IMG/VR virus record: IMGVR_UViG_3300020576_006967
Span: 1 to 64,000 of that record
Origin: a virus
Lineage: Duplodnaviria; Caudoviricetes
Direction: 5' to 3' (one strand)
Length of the DNA: 64,000 nucleotides
A program made the translations under genes and the position numbers. Below, piece after piece: positions 6,790 to 15,499 of the stretch. Positions within the stretch are counted from its first letter, which is position 1. Each line of letters starts with the position of its first letter. The notes under the pieces were generated by a model. That model made no database searches and was not told the origin of the DNA. It was given only the letters and a program-made list of their open reading frames with translations.

Positions 6790-6823
6790 AAAACCTGACT
6801 GCTCACGTAGTCAGGTTTTTTTT
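6790..6823 (+). terminator. intrinsic terminator of attenuator 2
   Basis: AAAACCTGACTGC-TCAC-GTAGTCAGGTTTT plus T tract. Confidence 0.9.
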
Positions 6824-6834
6824 GTGCCCAAAAC

Positions 6835-6909
6835 TGTCCTGTAGACGACGTTGGCAAAGTCACCAAGTTTTGACCTTGGAACTCGGAGGTTCGATCCCTT
6901 CCAGGACAA
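6835..6909 (+). tRNA. tRNA-Gln(TTG)
   Basis: U1-A72 acceptor, CCAAG-TTTTGAC-CTTGG. Confidence 0.9.
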
Positions 6910-6914
6910 CATAT

Positions 6915-6997
6915 TATGCAGTATGCAAATGGCGAAGCACAGGGCCTTTGAAACCCTTGGAGTAATCCCACTGTTAGTTCGACCCTAACCTGCATAA
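6915..6997 (+). tRNA. tRNA-Gln(TTG) with long variable arm
   Basis: TATGCAG/CTGCATA, loop CTTTGAA, variable hairpin GGA-GTAA-TCC. Confidence 0.8.
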
Positions 6998-6998
6998 C

Positions 6999-7724
6999 TT
7001 ATTTGTTCTTTGAATTATTGATAGTGTGAGATAGTTTTTGATCTATTATTTTTGTAATAATAGAAAGAAACTTATTTGCTTGTTCTGTTTTGAAATAGCC
7101 AAAACTAGATGTGTCTATAAGAAGTAATTCTATATTGTTTTCTAAGCATGCTTGAAACTTGCGTTGATCATTGTTTTGAATTTGATTAAGCTTGTCCTGG
7201 CCATGAATTGGCTCATAGTGATAAATGCCGTTTAGTTCAATCGCAAGTTTTAACGATGGGATATAAATATCAAGTTCGGAATTGATGGCATCTTTTTTAT
7301 TGAAATCAAATATAAGATTTGGATAGAGGGTAGTTAGTTGATCTTCCAGATATTTTTCAAGTTTAGATCGTCTGGTGCCATGAGATTTGTGAGTGTTATT
7401 GTATGTTCCAGAACATGAGCGACAACAAAAATGGTTTGGATATTTTTTTATTTCTGAATTTAATTTCCTAAATTCAGTTGCGCAATTTTTGCAATTTACA
7501 ATTTGTGTGTTAGAAATTGTTTGAAAATTACTTGTACATTTACGTGAACAAAATCTACAACTTGTTGAATAACTTATTCCTTTTTTATTAGTATAATTTT
7601 CTAGTACTAACTTAATAAATTTTTTGGCGGTTTTAAATTCTTTATAGCACTGATAGCATTTTAGTTTTAGTTTATCATCGCTTCCTGCATTATCAAACTC
7701 TTCTTGGGTGTAAAGTATTTTCAT
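6999..7724 (-). CDS. putative homing endonuclease (Cys-rich repeats plus PD-(D/E)xK/Vsr-like domain)
   Basis: ELDIYIPSLKLAIELNGIYHY, FCSRKC/FCCRSC; start set at MKILYTQ because the longer ORF overlaps tRNAs. Confidence 0.75.
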   Translation of the reverse strand: MKILYTQEEFDNAGSDDKLKLKCYQCYKEFKTAKKFIKLVLENYTNKKGISYSTSCRFCSRKCTSNFQTISNTQIVNCKNCATEFRKLNSEIKKYPNHFCCRSCSGTYNNTHKSHGTRRSKLEKYLEDQLTTLYPNLIFDFNKKDAINSELDIYIPSLKLAIELNGIYHYEPIHGQDKLNQIQNNDQRKFQACLENNIELLLIDTSSFGYFKTEQANKFLSIITKIIDQKLSHTINNSKNK

Positions 7725-7789
7725 ATAATTTGTTTTTAATAAATAGTGAGAATTTTCTTTTCGAACCCTAGAGTAATAACAAATTATAT

Positions 7790-7860
7790 TGCCCTGTCGT
7801 CTAATGGTAGGACCTCGGTTTTTGGAGCCGAGTATGCTGGTTCGAGTCCAGCTGGGGTAG
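7790..7860 (+). tRNA. tRNA-Gln(TTG)
   Basis: TCGGT-TTTTGGA-GCCGA. Confidence 0.9.
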
Positions 7861-7866
7861 CAAAGT

Positions 7867-7971
7867 TTTGTAGTAGTGTAACCTGGTAACATTCTCAGTT
7901 CGATCCTGGGAGCCATTGAGGAATCAGTGGATGCAAGAGGGTGGTTGTTGGTTCGAGTCCAACCTATGAAA
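7867..7971 (+). ncRNA. tRNA-like RNA with two TTCGA stem-loops and U1-A72 acceptor
   Basis: TTTGTAG/CTATGAA, D arm GTGT/ACAT, CTCAG-TTCGATC-CTGGG, CCATTGA-GGAA-TCAGTGG, GTTGG-TTCGAGT-CCAAC. Confidence 0.65.
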
Positions 7972-7977
7972 CTATAT

Positions 7978-8048
7978 TGTCTGATCTTCTAATGGCAGGA
8001 AAGGGGTCTCTGAAGCCTTTAATGTTGGTTCGAATCCAGCTCAGACAA
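7978..8048 (+). tRNA. tRNA-Gln(CTG)
   Basis: TGTCTGA/TCAGACA, GGGGT-CTCTGAA-GCCTT. Confidence 0.9.
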
Positions 8049-8049
8049 C

Positions 8050-8850
8050 ATGAAAGCATACAGATCAAAAATAACAGGAAGAGAATATCCAGCTTCAGAA
8101 TATTCAAATCATGGATATGGCGGCATAAAAAATGGTGATCATCCATCTTTAAACGGGTCCAAAGATCTTCCAGATGAATATCCGTTTGAAATTATGGATA
8201 CAAAAGAATTAGTTGAGCATCCTCATGGATTTAACATCAAAGTAATTTACCACGAAGGTAAAAATCCACACTTAACTGGGGAACTCACAACAAGTGGAAT
8301 ATTAAATGACGTGATGGTTCTGTATCACTTTGAATATTACGATGAGCTGGCTGCTTTGAAAAAAGAAATCGCCAGCTCAAATCATTTTATGGTGCCATAC
8401 TTAAATACCTGTATCAATTTTGTTGTAAATGAAGTCGCCGCTTTTTGTAATGCTCATGAAGTAAAGAACCCTGGTAAAGAAAATGAAATGATGCCTCTGC
8501 CAATTTCTGAATACCCAATATGGTTCAACAATCTTGAAGAACTTATGTGTGATTTAACTTGGAGTGGAAAGGACAGAAAAATTTTGATTGGAGAAGTACT
8601 TCCGAGGCTTTTAAACGCATTTGAGCACTATGGTGATATGTTGGCCCTCTCAGATTTTTCGGTGGTGGATTCTGGTATTGTAGACAAGATTATTGATGAT
8701 GTGATTGTTGGATTTCCAGATAAAGTCAAGGCTTATAAAAGTGGAAAGACAGGTTTGATCAATATGTTGTTCGGGGAGGTGATGAAAGCTTCTGGTGGAA
8801 AGATTGATATGAAGGAAGCTAGAGGTAAGTTGGAAGATAAGCTAGTTTAA
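8050..8850 (+). CDS. protein with C-terminal GatB/YqeY tRNA-binding domain
   Basis: IIDDVIVGFPDKVKAYKSGKTGLINMLFGEVMKASGGKID matches the GatB tail; no catalytic GatB N-domain seen. Confidence 0.8.
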   Translation: MKAYRSKITGREYPASEYSNHGYGGIKNGDHPSLNGSKDLPDEYPFEIMDTKELVEHPHGFNIKVIYHEGKNPHLTGELTTSGILNDVMVLYHFEYYDELAALKKEIASSNHFMVPYLNTCINFVVNEVAAFCNAHEVKNPGKENEMMPLPISEYPIWFNNLEELMCDLTWSGKDRKILIGEVLPRLLNAFEHYGDMLALSDFSVVDSGIVDKIIDDVIVGFPDKVKAYKSGKTGLINMLFGEVMKASGGKIDMKEARGKLEDKLV

Positions 8851-8874
8851 GCAATTTTTCTAATATTTATTATT

Positions 8875-9564
8875 ATGAATATCAGACAGTTTATTAAGAA
8901 AGTCATATTAGAAAATGTAAACCTGGAATTAACCCCAGAGGAATTAGAAACTATTAATATTCAGGTTTCTGCCGAGTTAGAAAAAGCCAAAAAAGAAGTA
9001 GAAGAAACAGGGATCCAAGTAAATTCTATGAAAACAGCTCTTCAAAAAGTTAAATTAGATGATGATGTTAGACAAGTAGTGGTTGATAGAGTAAATCAAT
9101 TAGAAAACTCATATCCATATAAAGATTTCAACGAAGAAACATATAGAGAAAACCTATTTAGTTATTACAAAAAGAAACTTTTGAGTGATAAGAGGTATGA
9201 GCAAGAAAGACAAGAGCAGTTAAAACGTAATTTAGATAAACAAGATATTATTGATTTATTTGTAACGGCGCTAGAAGGCGGCTCTAATTATTGGTATTTT
9301 ATACCTACGCTTCCAAATGGTGTAAATTCTTCTGAAAAAATCGGAAATCACATACTTGAAGGTGGGTACATTGTTTTTTATGACGTTGAAGATCATTCAG
9401 AAATTCTTGGAACGGTTGACATGAACTCTATTTTAGAGGCTATCAGCTTAATTAAATCACAATACCCAGATGTTTGGGAGAATATTATTTTAGAAAACGC
9501 AGACGCTAACGATGCGGACGTGTTTTTGCAACTTTGCGTTATGGGCGAAGTAGTGTTTGGATAA
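8875..9564 (+). CDS. hypothetical phage protein
   Basis: 229-aa ORF, coiled-coil N-half. Confidence 0.65.
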   Translation: MNIRQFIKKVILENVNLELTPEELETINIQVSAELEKAKKEVEETGIQVNSMKTALQKVKLDDDVRQVVVDRVNQLENSYPYKDFNEETYRENLFSYYKKKLLSDKRYEQERQEQLKRNLDKQDIIDLFVTALEGGSNYWYFIPTLPNGVNSSEKIGNHILEGGYIVFYDVEDHSEILGTVDMNSILEAISLIKSQYPDVWENIILENADANDADVFLQLCVMGEVVFG

Positions 9565-9683
9565 TTTCTAGTTTTTTCTAGCTTTTTCAATGTTAAGTTT
9601 TTAAAGATTTGTTTTTTTAAAAAAAAGTGTATATATTTACATAATACAAGGGTAACAATTTAATAACATTAAAACCTGGCTTT

Positions 9684-10076
9684 ATGAAAAAACTACTTTT
9701 TATTCTAACTTTTATCTTCTTAAACGTGACAATGTTTGCTGGTATTGGAGAAGGTGATGCGTTCTACGCAAATGGCTCAGTAAAAACCAAAGTTGTAAAA
9801 CATGAAAAAAATTATGAATTAATCAAGTTTTATGAAAACGGTTCAATTCAAGAGATTGCGTTTTACGATCTAAACAAAGAAAAAACTGGCACTTGGACTC
9901 GTTATTGTGAAAATGGTTGTATTTCTGCAACTGCAAGTTTTAAACACGATAAAAAAGATGGTGATTGGAAAATCTATGATGAAAATGGAAAAATGGTAAC
10001 TTACATCAAGTATAAACATGGTAAAAAAGACATAATCTGCACAATTAACGAAAACAACGAATTAGCAGTTAGATAA
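9684..10076 (+). CDS. secreted MORN-variant repeat (YwqK-like) protein
   Basis: signal peptide; repeats FYENG, GTWTRYCENG, GDWKIYDENG. Confidence 0.75.
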   Translation: MKKLLFILTFIFLNVTMFAGIGEGDAFYANGSVKTKVVKHEKNYELIKFYENGSIQEIAFYDLNKEKTGTWTRYCENGCISATASFKHDKKDGDWKIYDENGKMVTYIKYKHGKKDIICTINENNELAVR

Positions 10077-10095
10077 TAAATAAATATTTTTTGAG

Positions 10096-10127
10096 AAAAG
10101 GCAGGTGTTTACATCTGCCTTTTTTTT
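10096..10127 (+). terminator. intrinsic terminator
   Basis: AAAAGGCAGGTG-TTTA-CATCTGCCTTTT plus T tract. Confidence 0.85.
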
Positions 10128-10839
10128 ATTTGCACAATTGAAAATCTTTCTTTAAATTTGGTCTAGGTTTAAAAAAAGTTAAGTGTATAAATACAAATTG
10201 AAAATATTTTTAATTAAAAAATTTATTTTAAAATTATATTATAAAATTCGTTATGATATATTTTTTGATGATCCAAACATAAGGGGTTCTATTGTTCCAA
10301 CTACTGGAAAGAATTTATTTGTAAAGGTTACCCAGAAAGGAAAATTTTTAGACATTGAACAACTTGAAACTGGTAGGTTAATTAGAATGATACCAAGTGT
10401 GCACTCTAATGGCTATATGATAGAGTTTCATGAAGCTGGAGTAGAAGGTGGAATAATTTATCGTGGTCAAATGAGTTTTAATGAACTTTGGAAACGTTAC
10501 ATAGATGAAAAAAAAGCATAGAGATATTATTATTGATGGAGAGAAATGGGCTTGGAGATTCAACGAGAGAGAAGACTATGAACAATACCAAACCATTCAA
10601 ATATGGAAGAATAAAAAAATAGTATTTGAAAAAGATTTGGTAATTATATACTTATTGATACAATTTAATTTAAATCTACCCAATTATTACGAAGACCACC
10701 AGAAGTTGATATTTCTCTGATATTTATTTGTTGTTTTCCACAAATGACACAAACTCTTTCTATACTACCAGTATATTTAAAAAAGTGAAATCTATTTTTG
10801 ATAAAAAATAAAACGTATCGGCTAATTTTCATAAATATA

Positions 10840-11640
10840 TTATTTATCTCTCAAAAAACTTTTAAAAAGGTCTTCTGTTGTTATTTGGGTTTCTATAACC
10901 CATTGACCACCTTCTCGTTCAAGTGCATCAAATGTTTTAAGCCATTCACCAAACTCAATAGCTGTATTATTTTGTACTAATTCATTATATTCCTTTAAAA
11001 ACATAATAAGGTCTGGTGTTCCATTTAACCAATTGCCACCATGTTTATTTTCAAAATTTAAAATAAACAGTTCTTCTAATTCTTTATTTTTGATAGTACC
11101 ATTATGTAGAACACTAAAATCAATCTTATTAAGTATATTATCTTCACTTAAATTTGTTGGTTCGTCATAAATAACATCTTCAACAATCACTGGTTCATCA
11201 GAAGTATCCAATAATTTACTTAAATCATCACTAATTCTATTTAAAGCACATATTACATCAGATTTTTCATCAAATTCATCATCTTTTAATATTTTCTTAA
11301 TAACGACTAAAGGTCCTTTTAAAATATGATTTAAAACTGAATCTTGTTTTTCTTTTTTATAATATATTTTACTTAATTTTAATACTTGTTCATCAAGTTT
11401 ACATTTTTCATTCATCATAAACTTTAAATCGCTACGTAAATCAACAGTTTTTTCTACTTGTATATCATATAATGATTTTTGTAAACCAAGTTCATTATTT
11501 AATTCGCCTTCAACAAATTTACATCCACCTAAAAATGCTTCTTTAACAATTTTAAGGTAGTGCTCTTCTATTTTATATTTATTGGCAGCAACCCAAAGAT
11601 TCGCCATTTGCTCCTGTCTACTTATTTCCATAATTAACAA
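10840..11640 (-). CDS. IS passenger, hypothetical protein
   Basis: 266-aa ORF inside TIRs. Confidence 0.6.
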   Translation of the reverse strand: MLIMEISRQEQMANLWVAANKYKIEEHYLKIVKEAFLGGCKFVEGELNNELGLQKSLYDIQVEKTVDLRSDLKFMMNEKCKLDEQVLKLSKIYYKKEKQDSVLNHILKGPLVVIKKILKDDEFDEKSDVICALNRISDDLSKLLDTSDEPVIVEDVIYDEPTNLSEDNILNKIDFSVLHNGTIKNKELEELFILNFENKHGGNWLNGTPDLIMFLKEYNELVQNNTAIEFGEWLKTFDALEREGGQWVIETQITTEDLFKSFLRDK

Positions 11641-11918
11641 CCATTAAACACCTCTATATCAGTAAATTTATCAAACAATTCTTCTTCTGAATATGATATA
11701 ATTAAACCATTATCATTTAAATGTACAAGTTCTGTTGGTGTTAATCTTTGTTTCCATTTTAGAAAATTAACAGCATATAACTTGGTTAAATAAATACTTT
11801 TTTGTTTAGCTATGTTATGTGGTTGATTTTCTGAACCAAGTGGTTCTGGTTGGTTTGTTACATAAAAATCGACACATGTGTCAATAATTTCATTTGTTTG
11901 TTTCTCTAAGTGTTTCAT
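11634..11918 (-). CDS. IS passenger, hypothetical protein
   Basis: 94-aa ORF inside TIRs. Confidence 0.55.
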   Translation of the reverse strand: MKHLEKQTNEIIDTCVDFYVTNQPEPLGSENQPHNIAKQKSIYLTKLYAVNFLKWKQRLTPTELVHLNDNGLIISYSEEELFDKFTDIEVFNGC

Positions 11919-12029
11919 ATTGTTTGGTTTTATTATTTATAAATTATCTTGGTCTATACCACCTGTTAATACTACTAACAATATTAATATCGCCATTATT
12001 GTGAACATTATATCTTCTATTTCCATAGT

Positions 12030-12575
12030 TTAAATATCATGTTTTGCGTCTTTTTCTACAATATTTTGTCTTAATTTTATAATATCTAACCATTTATTAA
12101 AAAGCAAAATCTCTTCTTTTGTAAATTTATTATTTAACATTTTTAACGTTTCTTGGGTGACTAAACTATTATTAGATACTTCCGCTATTTTTTGTAAATC
12201 TATTTCAATTTGATTAAATTTTTCTTCATAATATTGAGTGTCTAAAGCTATATCAGCAGTGGCTCCATAATTAACTGCATCTATAATCATTTGTTTTTCC
12301 AATTCAAGCAGTTCATCTTCACATTTTTGTTTTATTAAAATTGCTGTTATATTCTTTTCTCCGTCATTAAATATAGCATAATCTTGAATATCTTTTTCTA
12401 ATAGTTTAATCAATTTTTGTATTGGTGTTTTCATGTTTTTATCTCTTATAGATTTATTTAACCAATTGGTAAAACCTTCATTTATTTGAATACTTGTTAA
12501 CCCGCAAGTATTACAAATGTTATTTGTAAATTTTGCATGTTGACATGAATTTTCTATTTTTTCAGATATTTTCAT
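12030..12575 (-). CDS. IS passenger, phage-like hypothetical protein
   Basis: 181-aa ORF inside TIRs. Confidence 0.55.
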   Translation of the reverse strand: MKISEKIENSCQHAKFTNNICNTCGLTSIQINEGFTNWLNKSIRDKNMKTPIQKLIKLLEKDIQDYAIFNDGEKNITAILIKQKCEDELLELEKQMIIDAVNYGATADIALDTQYYEEKFNQIEIDLQKIAEVSNNSLVTQETLKMLNNKFTKEEILLFNKWLDIIKLRQNIVEKDAKHDI

Positions 12576-12867
12576 TTTTATATTAGATTACATGCTTTTA
12601 AACTCAAAATAATTAAAAATAATCCTAAAATATATTTTAACCAATACCAATTAAGTATTGTAACTGCTGCTAAAATTTCAGTAATTTTTTTCATATTATT
12701 TTGTATTTATTAAAACTTTTTGTATCTCTTGAAATAAATCTGAACCTTCACATTCTTTTACCAACTTACCGTCTTTTATTTCTTCCTCAGTATAACCATT
12801 CTGTTCTTTAAGAATAACTTCAATTATCTTAATAGTTAATTTATTTGCTTTTTTTTCTTGCATAATT

Positions 12868-13110
12868 TTACTTTTTAATAACTGGAGCTTTTAATAAAAC
12901 ACTTAGAGCATCATTAAAATCAATCTCAATGTCATTAGAAATATCATCTCTCAGTTCTTTAAGTGCTAATTTCAATTGTACCATTTCAGCATCACTAAAG
13001 TTGCTGGCGTGTTTGAAACTCAACTTATTACAAAAAGTACCAAGAGGCATATTCATCTTCTTAGCTAAGAGACCTTTATTTAACTTCCACTTTTCTATTA
13101 ACTTATACAT
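12868..13110 (-). CDS. IS passenger, probable HTH protein
   Basis: LNKGLLAKKMNMPLGTFCNKL. Confidence 0.55.
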   Translation of the reverse strand: MYKLIEKWKLNKGLLAKKMNMPLGTFCNKLSFKHASNFSDAEMVQLKLALKELRDDISNDIEIDFNDALSVLLKAPVIKK

Positions 13111-13171
13111 TCCTTTAATTTTACAGCAAAGGTACTCATAATTTCTGAATCGTGCAACTTTATTTATAAAT

Positions 13172-14101
13172 TTAACATTCCAATATCAATTCTTTATACG
13201 TTAAATTAGTAGAAATGTTTCTAAGCAACAAATTAAACCTCTCAGCTACCATCATCTCTCTTGTGTTATATCTGAATACAAACTCATCAACATAACGCTG
13301 TAAGTGCTTAGGATTAACCTTATGATAGATTCCATTAAGACCACGCTTTAGCAATGACCAGAATCCTTCCAGAGTGTTTGTGTGGACATTACCTTTCACA
13401 TACTCGCCTGTATTATGTTTCACGAAGCTGTGGTCATATGTCTTGTACAGACCGTTGTAACCTTTCCATTCATCTGTATTAATCTTGGAACCAACTTCCA
13501 GATGTTTATCTATGAATGCTTGTAGATACTTTCTGCTTGTATTTGGTACAACCTCTGCTCTTAACTCACCACCACGTTCTATGATACCAACAACAGGTGT
13601 CTTGGTCTTTGCACTACGACCTTGTGTACCAAACGTTCTCTTGTTCATGTGCTTATTTTTCTCTTTACCACCAATATATGTTTCATCTGCCTCACATGTT
13701 CCAGATAATTTGTCTTTACCTTGGTTTAATCCAAATGCTGTTCTAATTCTATGTAGCATAAACCATGCAGTCTTTTGAGTAACACCAATGTCTTTGCTTA
13801 ACTGTGTAGATGATATACCTTTCTTATGAGATGTGAACAGATAGATTGCAGCAAACCACTTCTGTAAGCTTATCTTAGAGTCTTCAAAAATAGTTCCTAC
13901 CTTTACACTGTAAATACGTTCACAGTTGACACATTTATATCGTCCTTTGCATTTATAGATTTTATCATGTTGACATTCAAGGTATGGACAAGTAAGTTTA
14001 CCATTCCATCTAACCTTTTCCAAATACTTTTTGCAAGTGTCTTCTTTTTTGAAGTAAGTGAGTAGTTCGATTAGGTTATTAAATTTTTGTAGTTGTATCA
14101 T
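13172..14101 (-). CDS. IS1595-family (ISXO2-like) DDE transposase
   Basis: Zn ribbon CPY..C, KKGISSTQL, EADETYIGG, TDEWKGY, HTNTLEGFWSLLKR, YVDEFVFRYN. Confidence 0.95.
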   Translation of the reverse strand: MIQLQKFNNLIELLTYFKKEDTCKKYLEKVRWNGKLTCPYLECQHDKIYKCKGRYKCVNCERIYSVKVGTIFEDSKISLQKWFAAIYLFTSHKKGISSTQLSKDIGVTQKTAWFMLHRIRTAFGLNQGKDKLSGTCEADETYIGGKEKNKHMNKRTFGTQGRSAKTKTPVVGIIERGGELRAEVVPNTSRKYLQAFIDKHLEVGSKINTDEWKGYNGLYKTYDHSFVKHNTGEYVKGNVHTNTLEGFWSLLKRGLNGIYHKVNPKHLQRYVDEFVFRYNTREMMVAERFNLLLRNISTNLTYKELILEC

Positions 14102-14352
14102 ATCTGTGATTATATATAAAATAAATATCACAGAATAATTGATTCTAATTATTTATTTTCTAAATAACTCATAAATGACTGATTATCAATTAAATAAAGT
14201 TTTATCTTGTATTAATAAATATATAACTACCAAAGATTTTAGTGGTTATTATCAGAGTATTTGCATAACACATAGATCAAACGGACGGTGTAAAACATAC
14301 GCAATAAGGCCAGGGTTAATTGCTAGATTTATAAAAATGTATTTAAAATAAA

Positions 14353-14805
14353 ATGGAAGAAACTTTGTCAAAAGAGCAAATTAATGAGGTTAATGCCAGA
14401 GTTAAAGAAATTATAGAAACTTTTAGAGAGGGTTTATGTAATAGCGCTGCATTTGATTTAAATAGTTATTGGCATTTGTGCATGAACAACGAAAATGAAA
14501 TGAGTGAGGCTTGCAAGTACGTATATGATACAAAAAAGAGAATTGTAGAAATGATTGATAAGGAAATTATGCTTGGTTGCAGTTTTGATGAGTCATTATA
14601 TTATGAAAAAAGAAGAAAAGCAAAAGAAAAAATAATCGGCGATATAGAAAATTTGGTAAGACCATTTTACAAAGGAAGAGCTGGCGGTAGAGACGAATAT
14701 GTTCTTACACAAAGATCCGTTGTTTTAGCAGAGTTTGCAATAGAGTCTGGAGAGGCTTTAAACACTATAACAAACAGGGGAAAAAATTTTCCTGGATTAA
14801 AATAA
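14353..14805 (+). CDS. hypothetical protein
   Basis: 150-aa ORF. Confidence 0.6.
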   Translation: MEETLSKEQINEVNARVKEIIETFREGLCNSAAFDLNSYWHLCMNNENEMSEACKYVYDTKKRIVEMIDKEIMLGCSFDESLYYEKRRKAKEKIIGDIENLVRPFYKGRAGGRDEYVLTQRSVVLAEFAIESGEALNTITNRGKNFPGLK

Positions 14806-14843
14806 AAACAAAACAAATATAAACCAATAAAAACAAAAACAAC

Positions 14844-15497
14844 ATGATTGAAATCTTAACAAACGCAGCCTTTATTTTTTGGTTCGCAATCGCAGCAGTA
14901 ATCACTATAGCAGTATTACTAGAATATGAAAAAGAAGGTTGGGCAACCACAATTTTTTCATTAGGATCCGCACTTATAATTTGGAATTACAGAGAGTCCA
15001 TATTTAGTTTTGTGACAGAAAGCCCTGGCACCACATTTGGTTTTATAGGAAGTTATGTGGCGGCGGGTATTATTTGGAGTTTTATGAAATGGAAGAATTA
15101 TGTTTCATCTAAAATAAATAATTTCAACGAGATTAGAGAAAAATATATTTCTCAAGGCAAAGAAATAAAAAACGACTGGAAAGAATGGATTCAGTATTTG
15201 AATGGGCATATTTCAAATATGTTTTATGAAAGTTGGTCTCCAGAAGAAGTTGCTGCAAAAATTGTACCACAAGCTAGTTCTAAAAAATCTTTGATTACAT
15301 CTTGGATTTCATACTGGCCAGCTTCGCTTGGCGCTACATTATTAAATAATCCTTTTAGAAGATTTTTTGAGTGGATTTACAGTCTTGTATCTAGCATCTA
15401 TGATAGAATTGGAAGTTCAGCCGCTAAAGGCATTGTTGGTGGAATGGAAAAAGCGCCAGCTGTAGATAAAAAGAAAAAAGAGCTTTTAAACGATTAA
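14844..15497 (+). CDS. membrane protein
   Basis: three N-terminal hydrophobic helices. Confidence 0.65.
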   Translation: MIEILTNAAFIFWFAIAAVITIAVLLEYEKEGWATTIFSLGSALIIWNYRESIFSFVTESPGTTFGFIGSYVAAGIIWSFMKWKNYVSSKINNFNEIREKYISQGKEIKNDWKEWIQYLNGHISNMFYESWSPEEVAAKIVPQASSKKSLITSWISYWPASLGATLLNNPFRRFFEWIYSLVSSIYDRIGSSAAKGIVGGMEKAPAVDKKKKELLND

Positions 15498-15499
15498 GA

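Larger units (their letters stand above)
10639..14231 (-). mobile_element. IS1595-family element with passenger genes (3.6 kb)
   Basis: 25-bp imperfect TIRs GGTAATTATATACTTATTGATACAA / GGTAGTTATATATTTATTAATACAA; 8-bp TSD AAAGATTT at 10631-10638 and 14232-14239. Confidence 0.92.
10505..14351 (+). pseudogene. small phage gene split by the IS1595 element (10505-10638 joined to 14240-14351)
   Basis: removing the element and one TSD restores an open frame ending YAIRPGLIARFIKMYLK, similar to paralog 15500-15757. Confidence 0.8.

Noticed and set aside
7725-7916. N-terminal extension of the 6999-7916 ORF
   Set aside because: Antisense to tRNA-Gln; the ATG at 7724 has the typical upstream motif.
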